DNA from: Camelus ferus
Lineage: Eukaryota
NCBI RefSeq assembly: GCF_009834535.1
Contig: NC_045697.1
Span: forward strand, 10,478,001-10,542,000
Length of the DNA stretch: 64,000 nucleotides
Direction: 5' to 3'
A program made the translations under genes and the position numbers. Position 1 is the stretch's first letter; each line of letters opens with the position of its first letter. Positions 1 to 12,392 of the stretch are shown here, piece after piece. Under the pieces are notes generated by a model. The model had not been told where the DNA came from, did no database searches, and saw only the letters and a program-made list of their open reading frames with translations.

Positions 1-869
1 ACTCCCACAAACCAGGCACAACTATTTTTAAGACATGGTGTGATTACTGTGGGTTTTTTATTCTGTTTTTAAAAATTGGTTGTGATCATACTGTAGCTTC
101 AATTTAAAAAATGTAACCTCTCCTTTTCTAGAGGTTTGGATAATGGAGAACACAGGCATCCATTCTTATCATAAACCAACAGGAAGATACAGGGTGGAAG
201 TGGAGGTTCCCCTTGATGTCTCTTCCCAGAGACAGCTCCAGTGTCAAGTCTGATGCATTTTCTTTTCCTATTTCTCTGAGTTTAGGCCTACTTTTTTCAC
301 TTAACGTAAAATAACCCCCCCCCAAGCTATTCCAAGCTCTATATAAAAGCCTTGTTCAAAGGCTGCTTTATATTCTGCTGAGCCCAGACGCCCTAAGAAA
401 CATCCCTTTTTGTTGGCTACATGTCTCTAATCACTCTGGAGCCCACCAAAGGAAGTGAGGGCAGAAGGTGGTCAATGAGAAGCCCACGGTGGTTATAAAC
501 ATAGATCGGCTGGGCGTGTGTCATGACAACCGGGGCAGAAAACAGAAAAATCGTTCCCAAAGTGAGGGTGCTGCCTCACGTTTAATCAAGTTTTTTTTTT
601 TCCTATTTTAAGTCCTGTTTCTATCCTCTGGAGTGTAAAATTCGAAAACCGTCTCCTTTTGATTGTGTTTGCAAATTTGAGTGCTTCGGGCCAGTCACCA
701 GGGCTCTAATTGTAATTTGTTTTGGTCTTTGTCCACCCTTTACCAAAGCATGAGTGCCCTGAGGATAGACACGGTGTGGGTTAATTTTTTCAGCCCCGCG
801 CCTGCCGTGGGGCTTGCTGTAAGCCCCTCGTAAGTATCTGCAGAATGAAAGAAAGGGTGGAAGAAGCGA

Positions 870-1135
870 GCCAAGTGTCCCAGACGGGTGAACAGAAAAA
901 CAAAATGCAGTGAGTAACCGACAGTGAAATGTTACTCAGACTGAGAAAGGAATTCTGACACGTGTCACAACATGGACCAGCCGGAAGGACACTGCTCAGT
1001 GAAATACGCCAGTCACACAAGAAGAATCCTGTCTGATTCCACTTACAGAAGGTGCCACCGGCTTCAGGTTCACTGAGACAGAAGACAGAGGGCTGTTTCC
1101 AGGGGCTGGGGGAGGAGGGAGTGGGGGAGACCTTG
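870..1135 (+). mobile_element. Old L1 (L1M-type) 3' fragment
   Basis: Typical L1 3' phrases: acaacatggac..., gtgaaatacgccagtcacacaa, tgattccactta, agggctgggggag. Confidence 0.65.
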
Positions 1136-2094
1136 GAAAACTCCAGGTTCTGCTCTTCCCCTCTCCCCACCCTGCCTTGGTTAGTCTGCAGCCTGGCTCT
1201 GTGCATTTCCCCGAGCTCCGCAGGTGACCCTCGAGTGTGGCCGGAGCTCAGGACCTGAGACATCCGACAGCCCTTCTGGGTGAGCGGCCCTGAGAGGGGA
1301 CCAGAGGCACGGACAGAGCTCCCGGAGCAGCCTCTGGGCTGAGGACCCCCTTCACAGCATGACCTTGAGCAGCAGGTGCCCCGGGGCATCACAGCTAAGC
1401 CCTCTGACTCCGGAACGGAGGAGCCGTTGAAGAGACGATCCTGAGCTCCCAGAAATGGCGCTTACCCTCCCTTGCTGCTTCTCAGTCAGAGAGATTCGCT
1501 TCCTTCTCCGCTGGACGCAGGGATCCCCGAGGCCCTCTATTTCCTCGAGCCCAGCCAGCTTACTCAAAACAGCTTTTTCTCGGGTACCATTTGAGTTAAT
1601 GGAACCGTGCTCTATCCAGGGGGACAATAGTGAGGCTTGTGGATTTTTGCAAATAACTAAATTAAGGGCCCACCTTTTTAGAGCCACACTGGTGAACTTG
1701 AGGCCCATTTCTGCCAGGACGTGTGTGAATAAGTACTGCAAACATATCTGTACACACGGCCCCAATTCTTTATATATATATAAATATATATACACACCCA
1801 TAAAATGCTTCCTTGCACATCCAGGGCGAAATGTTTACTTTTGATTTTAAGGATGAAAAGTAGCTTCCTAAAGCCCGTCCCAGCCTTCTCATCACCTCTC
1901 TCCATTTCCTCTTGCTTGTGGGGCTCTGGTCTGAGAAGAGGAAAGGAAGATGGTTGAGTTATAAACTCATCCAAAGTCTGTTTCAACTCTGACATTCTAA
2001 ACTCTGCTCCACCTCAACAAGGAAGTGTGTTACATTTTTAACCTGGATCTCTTGAACTCTTAAGGTAATGTTTCTTGAAGGAGGTCTATATACC

Positions 2095-2575
2095 TGTCGA
2101 TTAAAATGAATGCACAGCCTAAAAGTTGAGAGTTATGTTTTATTTGGTGGGAGGACTCAAGCCGGGATGACAGCCTCTCAGATGGCTCTGAGGGACTGCT
2201 CCGAAGAGGTAGGGGAGGAGCCAGGATATATAGGAGCTTTACAACGGAGACCAGGTAGTTGGAACATTAAAAGATTACTTGTTAGCTAAAGAAAACCAGG
2301 CATCTCAAGTTAAAGAATTTAGTGCTTTTCTATGTATGGGAGGGAGCAAACATTTGGGCTCATTGTATTCATAATCATTTGACAAGCACCTAGCTATCTA
2401 GGGCCAGTGTCCTGTCCTTTTTTATTCTGAGTCCCCTCAGAGGGCACCACTGTGAGTGGCTGCAGAGGCCGGGCTGCAGGCTTGTCTTCACTGGGGGGTG
2501 GCGGCAGCCGCTGAGGACTTGATGGCTTCAGCATTCTTTGTTTACTGATACGGTTTGCAGTATTTATCCTTCACA
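2095..2575 (-). mobile_element. Solo ERV class I LTR (481 bp), antisense in CD38 intron 1
   Basis: TG...CA termini; perfect 4-bp TSD TACC (2091-2094 and 2576-2579); minus-strand AATAAA near 2140. Confidence 0.88.
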
Positions 2576-3419
2576 TACCTACAAAGCATAAAAAATTTTG
2601 GAGGTTTGTGAGTTCTCCACGAGACTCTGGTTTTTGGTGATGAAAGCATCCGGTACGTGGTGGGTACAGGGCATGGCTATTTCTCTTAACAGCCAGATCT
2701 TTCGTGGTGGGGCATTCCCTTGTCCTTCATCTCAGGAAGACGTCTCTCCTTCACCCTTTGCTGCTGAGGACAGAGGCCTAAGACTGCACGAGGGAGGTAG
2801 GCTGAGAACAGGAAAGCCCTGAGTAATGCATTACATTAATGGAATTTAATTACATGATCCCCTAAAGTGAAATAGCCGATAAACACCTTTCTTCTAAATG
2901 TCCCATAACGGTGGCCCATAAGTGTTGATGGGTTTCGAAGTTCATAATGCAATGACGGTTTTCCCTTAAGTCTATAATGTATGGGCGGCTCCAGGGGGAC
3001 AGTGGTTTCTTGGCCCAGTTTTACAGGTGAGCTGGGATACAGTTGAAGTGTCCTGTGCAGGTTGGGGAAGCAGAGGGGCCTCCATGAAAGAGGCCTCCCC
3101 TCCCGGGGGCCAGGGGCATGTCACATGTTATCTCATTTAATCCTGGAAAACTTCCAGGGCATGAAGTATTACTATCTCCATCTTACAGGTGAAGACAGGA
3201 GGATGGGGCAGTGTGTAGCAGTGCCGTGGGCATCTGGCCACCAGGCTCTCACTGACCTGGGGTCCAGTCCCGCTTCACCACTTACTCATCATGTGACCTT
3301 AGGCACCTTGGTTAAATTCACAGCCTTAAAGTTTCCTCTTTGTGCCTAAATTGGGGCAATGGTGATATCTACCTCTGACAGAGCCTGCAGCCTGGCCCCG
3401 TCTCTAGAATTAAAACTGT

Positions 3420-4215
3420 GCTTTTATTTTATTTTTTAATTTTTTTGTTTTTAATGAATAAAAAATGTATACCATTTTTAAAGGTTACTTTACATTTACA
3501 GTTATTACAAAATTTTGGCTATATTCCCTGTGCTGTACAATACATCCCTGAGCATATCTTGCACCCAATAGTTTGTACTTCCCCCTTCCGCATCCCAATA
3601 TTGCCCTTTCCCACCCCAGTATTGCCCTTTCCCCACCTCCTCACTGGGACCACTAGTTTGTTCTCTATATCTGTAAGTCCACTTCTTTTTGTTATATTNN
3701 NNNNNNNNNNNNNNNNNNNNNNNNNNNNNNNNNNNNNNNNNNNNNNNNNNNNNNNNNNNNNNNNNNNNNNNNNNNNNNNNNNNNNNNNNNNNNNNNNNNN
3801 NNNNNNNNNNNNNNNNNNNNNNNNNNNNNNNNNNNNNNNNNNNNNNNNNNNNNNNNNNNNNNNNNNNNNNNNNNNNNNNNNNNNNNNNNNNNNNNNNNNN
3901 NNNNNNNNNNNNNNNNNNNNNNNNNNNNNNNNNNNNNNNNNNNNNNNNTGCTATGAACATTAGGGTGCATGTATCTTTTTGAATTAGAATTTTTGTGTTT
4001 TTTNNNNNNNNNNNNNNNNNNNNNNNNNNNNNNNNNNNNNNNNNNNNNNNNNNNNNNNNNNNNNNNNNNNNNNNNNNNNNNNNNNNNNNNNNNNNNNNNN
4101 NNNNNNNNNNNNNNNNNNNNNNNNNNNNNNNNNNNNNNNNNNNNNNNNNNNNNNNNNNNNNNNNNNNNNNNNNNNNNNNNCTTTTTGTTGATAGCCATTC
4201 CAACAGGTGTGAGGT
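3420..4215 (-). mobile_element. L1 3' end with two N-runs (3699-3948, 4003-4180)
   Basis: Poly-T head; ttccctgtgctgtacaata; tgctatgaacattagggtgcatgtatc; gatagccattccaacaggtgtgagg. Confidence 0.85.
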
Positions 4216-5949
4216 AATACCTTCTTATAGTAAAATCATGCTTTTAGAAGTGGAATGGCCATCAAGATTAAAGGCTGCATTTCTCATCTTCCTCTGTAGC
4301 AAAGTGTGCCCCTATGACTACATTTTGGCAATGAAGACAAGAGCAAATAATAAACATTTTCTAGTACCTGTTCTTACAAGGCAGCTGGCAGGTGTCCACT
4401 GCAGCTGTTGCTTTTCCTTCCTCTTCCTTCTCCTTTCTCATCCCCTTTCTTTTCTCTAACCTTTCCTACTGGCTGGAATGTAGTCATGATGGCTGGAACT
4501 GGAGCAGCTATTTTGGACTGAGCAGATGGGTCTCCAACAATGTGGAATGTCTTACCAGTTCCAGATACTGACCTCTAGATTCATATGTGAGAGAAAAATA
4601 AAATTCTATCTGCAGTTATAGGTCTTATTAACTCAGATCAAATCCTGATATACTTGTTCATAGAAGTTGTATGAGGTTAAATGAAATGTGTATGTGACAC
4701 ATATACGAAGCCCTTGATAAATTCTGCCTGTACTGTTGCTATTATTACTTCAGCTTGCCGAGCTAGTGGGTGACTGGTCTGGAATTTTGTCGTGCGGCTG
4801 TTTTACATTGAAACTGTTACATTTTCTAAGCTGATTTTTACTAAAGTGAGGATGGGTGCCCAAGCAAAACTGAGAGCAAGGAGAAACACATGTTGCTTTT
4901 GGACAAGGGGACAAGCGTGGTGCTATCCTCTAGCCTGTGTATGTGCCCCAGACCCGACCCCGAGCACCTGCGCGTTCCCACCACCCCCGGTGTGGGATGT
5001 ATTGACCATATGTGTCCTTCAGGACCCTGTGAGGATAAGCCATGTTCAAGGTTAACCCATGAGCCACAGGCCGTGACTGCCTCTGCTGGCTGGGGATGTC
5101 TGCTCACAGCCAGGAATGTCTGAGCAAGGGTCACAAAAAGAAAGGAAGGAAATATAATGCTGATATCGACTGGACCCTTATTCTGTGCAGAGCACTGTTC
5201 TGAAAGCGTTTGACATGTGCTTTATTTAATCCCAGGACATCTGAGTTCGGCAGATACTTTCTGGATGAGGAAAGAGAGGCAGGGAGAGGCTGAGTGGTTT
5301 TCTCAGGGATGCACAGTGTAAGAGGCAGAGCCAGGGTTGAGACGGGCAGCCTAACCCAAGGGCCTCCCTCCTTGTCCTCAACAAAATGGCTTTCCCTCGT
5401 TTCCTGTCCCAAGAAGAGAAGGTGCGCAGGGTGGTTTCCTTGTGAGGGCCTGTGACCTCACTGATAGTCTGTGATTTCTTGGAATAAGCCACTCGACTTG
5501 GCCCGTCTGAGTCAGGAGGGCTTCCAGAAGACCCTCTGGAAAACCGCTTTGCATGTGCTCTGCTGGGGTTAGGGCTCAGAGGGATAGAAAACTCGGGGCT
5601 TGTGTTCATGCCCCCAAGTCAGGCTGCCTGACCTGTCCTTAGGATGCTGTCCTAGGGTGCTGGGTCCAAAGGCTGGAGTTTGTCCTGGTAATGATGCTCC
5701 CTGAGCTTTCCCAGTGGAAGCCCACCTTCTTTCCCCTAGAAGTGACGGCTCATGCGCACTTGTTAACACAGACACAAAGGAAGTTCTGGCTGCAATCTGC
5801 CCTGGCTCCCCTCCCTCTCCTCAGTCTCTTCTACTTGGCCTGCCTGCCTTCTCACCGCCAGGAGCTGTTGGAAAGGGACATAGATCTGAAATTTCTGCTT
5901 CAGAGACTTTTCTCCATCTTTGGGGCTAGCACAGAGTTTTTCAGAGTGG

Positions 5950-6420
5950 TTCTTCAAAACCACCAAAAAGCTGAGGCCACATTCATGCTTAAAACCATCC
6001 ACTGGTTTCCCATGGTAATTAGGGCAAAAATCTGAAATTGTTTCCTTGGTCTGAAAGACCTGAGGGATCTGCCTGTCAGTTATTTTCCTGACTTGATTTC
6101 TCACCACTGCCCACCCCCCACCCTCCCCGTTCTTCTTTCACTTCCTCAAAATCAGCAAGCTCTTTTCTGCCTCAGGGCCTTTGCACTTGCAGCCTTCTCT
6201 CTGAAAAGCACACCCTGTCAATGTTTAGTCTCAGGGAGCCCTCTCCTGACCAGCCTCCCTAAAGTGGTCATTGCTTCAATATTCCCCACTGATTTCCTGC
6301 ATTCTCATCATAATCTGTACTTACTTTGTTAATGTATTTGCTGGTCTGTATACTGTCTGCCTCTCTAACCAGAGAGTGAGCCCCGTGAGGGCAAGGACCT
6401 TGTAGGGCAGGGAGGGTGAT
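5950..6420 (+). mobile_element. L2 3' fragment
   Basis: cagggcctttgcacttgc, ccccgtgagggcaaggacc and other L2 3' motifs. Confidence 0.6.
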
Positions 6421-6583
6421 GCTCATCTCATAAAAATGCTGCACACACTGGATGAGATGATGTGTATGAACTACTTGGCACACAGTGGGTGCTGCTTCAA
6501 TGAGATTTTTTGGGGTAGTTATGCTCTAAGCATACGTTTGAAACCAAATTACTCATTTTTACTTCCCATGTTTTATCTCTCAG

Positions 6584-6713
6584 AGATAGAGACTGCAAAA
6601 AGATCGAGGAGGCCTTCAGGAATGCATTTATTTCTAAGGACCCCTGCGAGGTGACAGAGGAAGACTACCACCCACTGATGGAGCTGGCGAGTCAAACTGT
6701 GCCTTGTGACAAG
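6584..6713 (+). CDS. CD38: CD38 exon 2 (130 nt): DRDCKKIEEAFRNAFISKDPCEVTEEDYHPLMELASQTVPCDK
   Basis: Acceptor ttttatctctcag ends 6583; donor gtaact at 6714; phase 2 to 0; Cys82, Cys99 and Cys119 equivalents present. Confidence 0.96.
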
Positions 6714-8326
6714 GTAACTGAGTCAAATTATGGATTTAAAACTGAAGATAAAAGCCAGAGGGAAGAGGTCACGGGACTGAATTTTGACCAGAATGAAGAA
6801 AGAGGAAAATTTGGGTATTAGGGTGTAGGCATGGTTGGCGGGGGTCGAGGTCAGGCTGAGGCCATGGGGAGACCAGATGTCATCAGGATTTAGGACATCT
6901 GCAGACGGGAGGTAAGAGAGAGAATTGGGGACATGGAAAGAGGAAAGGCGAGTCGGCCAAAAATCAGACAAAACCCAATCCAACCCAAACAAAAATAACC
7001 CACCTTATATAACTGCAAAACCCTCCCTGACCTCTGGTGGTGATGATGATGGTGATGGTGACAACGATGCCATTTTGCCTTTGCTAAGTGCCTTTTCTGC
7101 TTACAAAGGACTCTCCTGTTAGGTTTTCACAGTCAACCCGTGGAACAGGCAGGTCAGCTATCAGCATCCTCATTTCACCAGTGAAAAAACCGAGGCTTGG
7201 AGAGTTTAGGTGACCAGTGATTTCTCACGTTTGATCGTCTGGAAAGTGAGCAGTTGAAATGTAAATGGCTCAAGATTTAGAGCCAGAGAGTCTTGGGTTC
7301 TAATACATTAGTTATACTGGAGAAGGTCTGTAACAGAGTACATGTTTTCTAAAGTCAGCATTTGAGGTGAAAATTTAATGTGCCTCAAATCATCTTTACG
7401 ATGCCCTTGGGCCAGCCACAAATGACAGTGTCTCCTCCCGTCATTAGAGCTGGAGCTACTGAGCTGGAGCTGTGGCTGGTGCACTGAGCACAAGGTCTCA
7501 CGGAGGAGCCGCTGGGCAAAGCATCACCCAGGGACACTGGTCGAATAAGTGACCGTGACACAGACACGCACTTTATTTGCATTGTCTCATTTCATCTCAG
7601 CATCTCAGGAGTTCCTTGCAATGATTATCGATACCATTTTACAGATGGGGAAAGTGAGGCTTAGCAACTCTGTGGTTGCCCAAGGTCAGAAGGCTAGTAA
7701 GCAGTGATGCCGTTTCTGAAGTCAGCGTGACTCCAGGACCCAGGCTTTTAACCGTAGCCTCCACTGCCTCCTATGAGGAGTGAATAGATCCATGAGACAG
7801 AAGATTGTTCTGAAATTTGACTTTCTATGCCTTTACAAGGGACCCTGATAAAACTCACTGTATGTGTTCTATTCCTGTTTTGTACGGCGATGGGAGAGTT
7901 TTGAGGGGAAAGCTGGGATTATGGAGCTCTTTAAGAATCAATAGCACTTCCCAGAAGTAGCACACAGACAAAATTATTTGGCAGATAACTTTAGGAAGTT
8001 TGGAACTTCCTAATGCCTCCCCTAGATGTGTTTGAGCTTAGATTTATTGTAAGATTTTGATCAGGGGCTTTCAGACCTTTTCCCCTGCCATCCTGAATAA
8101 TACATTCATTTTACATTGTGACCTAGAGAATGCGCGTGCGCGTGCACACACACATACACACAAAGCAGTAATGCACTCAACAACACTTACCCTTACTGTA
8201 GGTGATTTACTCTTATGTTTTCCATTGTTTAAAAAGTGTGGATTTTATTTTATTTTTTTTTGACTTAGTAAATGGATACTAGATGACAGATGATCTCAAC
8301 AATAGATGGTGTTCATTCTCTCTCAG

Positions 8327-8462
8327 ACGGTCTTTTGGAGCAGAACAAAGGAGCTGGCGCATCAGTACACGTGGGTCCGGCAGGAGATGTTCACGCTGGA
8401 GAACACGCTGCTGGGTTACGTGGCTGACGGCCTCACCTGGTGCGGGGACTCAGGCTCTTCTG
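8327..8462 (+). CDS. CD38: CD38 exon 3 (136 nt): TVFWSRTKELAHQYTWVRQEMFTLENTLLGYVADGLTWCGDSGSS
   Basis: Acceptor ttcattctctctcag ends 8326; donor gtgagg at 8463; contains W125-S-R and the family signature, here TLENTL. Confidence 0.97.
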
Positions 8463-8492
8463 GTGAGGATCTGGGCCCTCTGGGGATGCCGG

Positions 8493-8528
8493 GGGGCGTG
8501 CAGGGCGCAGGGGGCGTGCAGGGCGCAG
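8493..8528 (+). repeat. 18-bp G-rich tandem repeat x2 (ggggcgtgcagggcgcag)
   Basis: Two perfect copies at 8493-8510 and 8511-8528. Confidence 0.9.
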
Positions 8529-8826
8529 CGGCCCTGAGCTCTGCCAGGGATCCTAGAAGATCCATCTGGAGGAAGGAGCCGCGGGTACCCAGACTGATGC
8601 CACCTGTATCCTTATTGATGTACGGTAGCGTTCTTCAGACTGACTCCTGTTTTCTAGAAAAATGGACCCCAGGGTTTGGGGGTGCCAAGCTCCCTGGCCC
8701 CCTCCTTTCTGAGTGCAGGAACAGCCTGCGTCTGAACTGTTGGGGTTTTGCTTTCTATATGCACCTCATCCAGGACCAAAGAATTCTGAAGCAGGTTGAG
8801 GCTTCGGAGGGAATAAGGCCAAAGTT

Positions 8827-9272
8827 ATTTTTTTCAGTATTTATGTATTTTTATTGACATATAGTCAGTTTGTAATGTTGTGTCAATTTCTGGTGTACAG
8901 CGTAATACTTCAGTCTTACATGAACACACATATATTCGTTTTCATATTCTTTTTCACCATAAGTTCCCACAAGATATAGACTATAGTTCCCTGTGCTGTA
9001 CAGTAGGACCACGGTGTTCATTTTATAGATAGTAGTTAGTATCTGCAAATCCCAAACTCCCGATTTATCCCTCCTCACTCTCTTTCTCCCCTGGTAACCG
9101 TAAGGTTGTTTTCTATGCCTGTGAGTCTGTCTCTGTTTTGCAAATAAGTTCATTTGTATCATTTTTTTTTAAGCTTCCACACATAAGTGATATCATATGG
9201 TATCTTTTTTCTCTTTCTGGCTTACTTCATTTAGAATGATGATCTCCAGGTCCATCTGTGTGGCTGCAAATC
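8827..9272 (-). mobile_element. 5'-truncated lineage-specific L1 (446 bp)
   Basis: L1 3' UTR sequence; perfect 11-bp TSD aggccaaagtt (8816-8826 and 9273-9283). Confidence 0.9.
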
Positions 9273-9764
9273 AGGCCAAAGTTCTCGTTCCGCAGAACAG
9301 CCACAGCAGCCACGCGCTGGGCCTCTCTGCGTCTCAGCCAGTGTGTGGCTTTGCCCTTGTTCAAAGATGGTCTTACCTTGCCCAGAAAGACCCAAAACAC
9401 CTCACCTTGGGAAGGTGTTTTCTACTCAGAAAACCCTACTGAGCTCATTTCACTCTTTTTTTCTTTCTCTTTTTATTTATACGGTGGATCTTTTTACTTT
9501 ATATTGTTATATTCTTATTTTTGTTTTTGACTTTATTTAAAATTTTATCGTTGTAGGGTCTTCGACCCAGATTTGCATTATTTCCAATTACAAAAATGAT
9601 GCACTCAGTTGAAAAATACTTGCATATACAGAAATGCATAAAAGCAAAAAGTAAAAAATGCCTTTTCCCCTCCCTCCTCAATTTCCAGGCTACTTCCCAA
9701 AGGGGGACTGTTGTCAACAATTTGATACATATCTTACATTTCCTCTTGCTCATATAAGCACATA

Positions 9765-10268
9765 CAGATCTTCCTCGATTTATGATGGGGTTAAGCCCCA
9801 ATAAACCCATTGTAAGTTGAAAATATTATAAGCCAAAANNNNNNNNNNNNNNNNNNNNNNNNNNNNNNNNNNNNNNNNNNNNNNNNNNNNNNNNNNNNNN
9901 NNNNNNNNNNNNNNNNNNNNNNNNNNNNNNNNNNNNNNNNNNNNNNNNNNNNNNNNNNNNNNNNNNNNNNNNNNNNNNNNNNNNNNNNNNNNNNNNNNNN
10001 NNNNNNNNNNNNNNNNNNNNNNNNNNNNNNNNNNAGTGGTTGTAAGTGTATGCGTTATTTACCTTGGGGATGGCGTGTCTGACCGGGAGCTGTGACTCCC
10101 TGCCACTGCTTAGCATGGCGAGAGGGTGTCAGAGCACGTATCACTAGCCCAGGAAGAGATCAAAATTCAAAATTCTAAATACCACTTTTACTGAATGCAT
10201 ATCGCTTTCACACCATTGTGAAGTTGAAAAATCCTAAGTCGAAGCATCGTTAAGTCGGGGACAGTCTG
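9765..10268. mobile_element. MER47/Tigger5-family TcMar DNA transposon (N-run 9839-10035 inside)
   Basis: Inverted-repeat-like termini cagatcttcctcgatttatgatgg... and ...catcgttaagtcggggacagtctg; preceded by TA. Confidence 0.8.
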
Positions 10269-10299
10269 TTTGTCTGAAAGGTACACATACTGTTTTGCA

Positions 10300-10830
10300 A
10301 CTTGACTTATTCACTTAATAGGTATTCATACAGCCATCCTTTTTTTAAAAAGCCTCATTGTATTTCCTCTGTGGACACATCATAATTTATTTGACCAATC
10401 TCTTATTGACGGACATTTAGGTTGTTCCAACCACTGTTACAAGGAGTGCTTCTGTGCACATATACACCTGCAAGCTTGTGGAAGTATGTCTGAAAGATAA
10501 ATGTCTACAGATGAAATTTCAGTGTGGAATAAATTATGGTGGAAACTGATAAGTTGTTATTCAAAAGGTGGTAACAATTCATACTCTCAAAATATATGAG
10601 ATCATCTATTTACCCACACCCTCACCAACGCTGGCCGTTAATATCTTATAATGTCTTGCCAACCTGAGAAAGAAATAATACATTGGCTTATTATGCATTT
10701 TTTTATTGTAAGGTGAGCATACTTGTATATTTAATGATCGATATTTCTATTTCCATTGTAAACTGGCAGTTTGTGTATTAATCCTTTTTTATCGGGTTGT
10801 CTGTTGTTTTCTTACTTATAGAAGTTTTAT
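10300..10830 (-). mobile_element. Old L1M fragment
   Basis: gacggacatttaggttgttcca, ttattcaaaaggtggtaacaattcatactc, tttacccacaccctcaccaac. Confidence 0.65.
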
Positions 10831-12392
10831 ATAAAGTAACAATAGTAGTTAATGCTTATTGGGTACTTACGAAGTCCCAGCCATTGCTCCATATGCTGTA
10901 TGAATTTTCACTTGTTTAACCCTTCACAGCCCCAGGAGGTCCTATGATAATCCCATGTTACAGGCCAGAAGTCTGAGGCACAGGGATGTTATGTAACTTG
11001 CCAGCTAGTAAGTGACACAGCTGGTTGCAAACCCAGGATTACTGGCTCGAGATCGTGTGTTCTTAACCACGTGCCATCCTGCCTGTTTTCTGCCACAGAG
11101 GTGGCAGATCTATCTTTCTCAGTTTCCATTTTTCTTTTTAATACTGTTTATATTCTGTCTTTGGCCACACAGAAATGCAGTTAATCTGTTGACCCCTTCC
11201 TGTCTGGCTGCTGGTTTCATGTTTGGCTTAGATTTTCTTCACTCAAGATTGAAAAGTCTTCTGTATTTTCATCTAGCGTTTTTATTTTTGTAATTTTTCA
11301 TTTAATCTTTAATCTGGACTCTTTCCACCCAGACATATGGTATAGGAATATATCTCTCCATTTATTCATTTTCTTCATGGTTAAACTTTATAGATTTTTT
11401 TTGCCATACTTTTTACTTTCCTTTTTTTAATTTCCCTTTTCACAAGTTAGCTTTTCTTGGTCATTCATTTAATTCTTTTAGCTTTTAAATGTGTTTTCTG
11501 TAAAATTTTCTCTTTTGGCTTTATTTTTCAGTTTCTCACCTCAAGTCTTTCTTAGAATAAAATGGAGATATATAAACTTTTAAAGATCTATTTCTTATCT
11601 ATTTACCTTTTAGAGTTCTTTATTTTTCTTTCTTTTTAATTGAATTTTGTATAGGTTGTTTCATTTTGTCTACTTCCTTTTTGGCCTCAGTTTTTACTGA
11701 TTAAAAAAAAATCGTTAAAAACTGACCTCCTTATTTTATTTGTTGTCTTTCAGGTTCCTAATTTTTATGTTTTAACCATTCTATAGTCTGGCTTAAACTT
11801 TTTTCTTTCAATTTTTTTCTACCTTAGTTTTGCCTTGTTTATTTGTTTTATTACTAAAGTCTTAATTTCTGTTATAGCTTTCTAATCTCTCTTTTTAAAC
11901 TTCTTATTCTGCTTTTTTATGTACTTAATTTCTCTTTCTTTAATGAAAGATTTCCCCCCTTTTCTTTTTCCCTCTGATTTTAAAATTTCATTTAATGGTG
12001 TGTGTGAATAGGGCAGGTGGCAAGGCAGACACCCTTCTGGGGAGAGGGGCGGTGATCAACTCAGAGACTGCTCTCTGGATGTGGCTGTTAAGATGAAAAA
12101 GCTTTATGTTTATGAAAACCTATGAACAGGAGCACTTTGTAGCCCCTTATAAAATGTGTATTCATTTCATTATCGTCAACATTTTTGCCTCTGTGGGGAG
12201 ATGATTCAAATTTATCTTTGGACTCCACAGTAATTATTTATCTCCGTACATGGAAATTTTAAAAATTTGTGCAATTTTGGTTATACAGCATTCAATTATT
12301 ATTAAAACTCCCAGGATTGCTTCCTCATCCCAGGAAGGGTTTCTGATCTAGAATTTTCTTTCCTGTCATTGGCCGTCAAGCCCATATTTGTG

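Noticed and set aside
790-1844. Cluster of 130-200 aa ORFs on both strands
   Set aside because: Overlaps an L1 fragment and GC-rich intron; no family resemblance
3418-4459. Long ORFs filled with X (also 9826-10116, 44604-45405, 48942-49235)
   Set aside because: Artefacts of N-runs inside repeats
4890-5123. ORF containing EDKPCSRL, reminiscent of the human CD38 N-terminal GDKPCCRL, upstream of exon 2
   Set aside because: No transmembrane stretch, no GTT..F...LGRC motif, in-frame stop at 5121-5123 and no suitable phase-2 donor; treated as chance
8306-8857. ORF-track proteins extending CD38 exons (also 16784-17206 and 17207-17533)
   Set aside because: Exon plus intron read-through; canonical splice sites give the correct product
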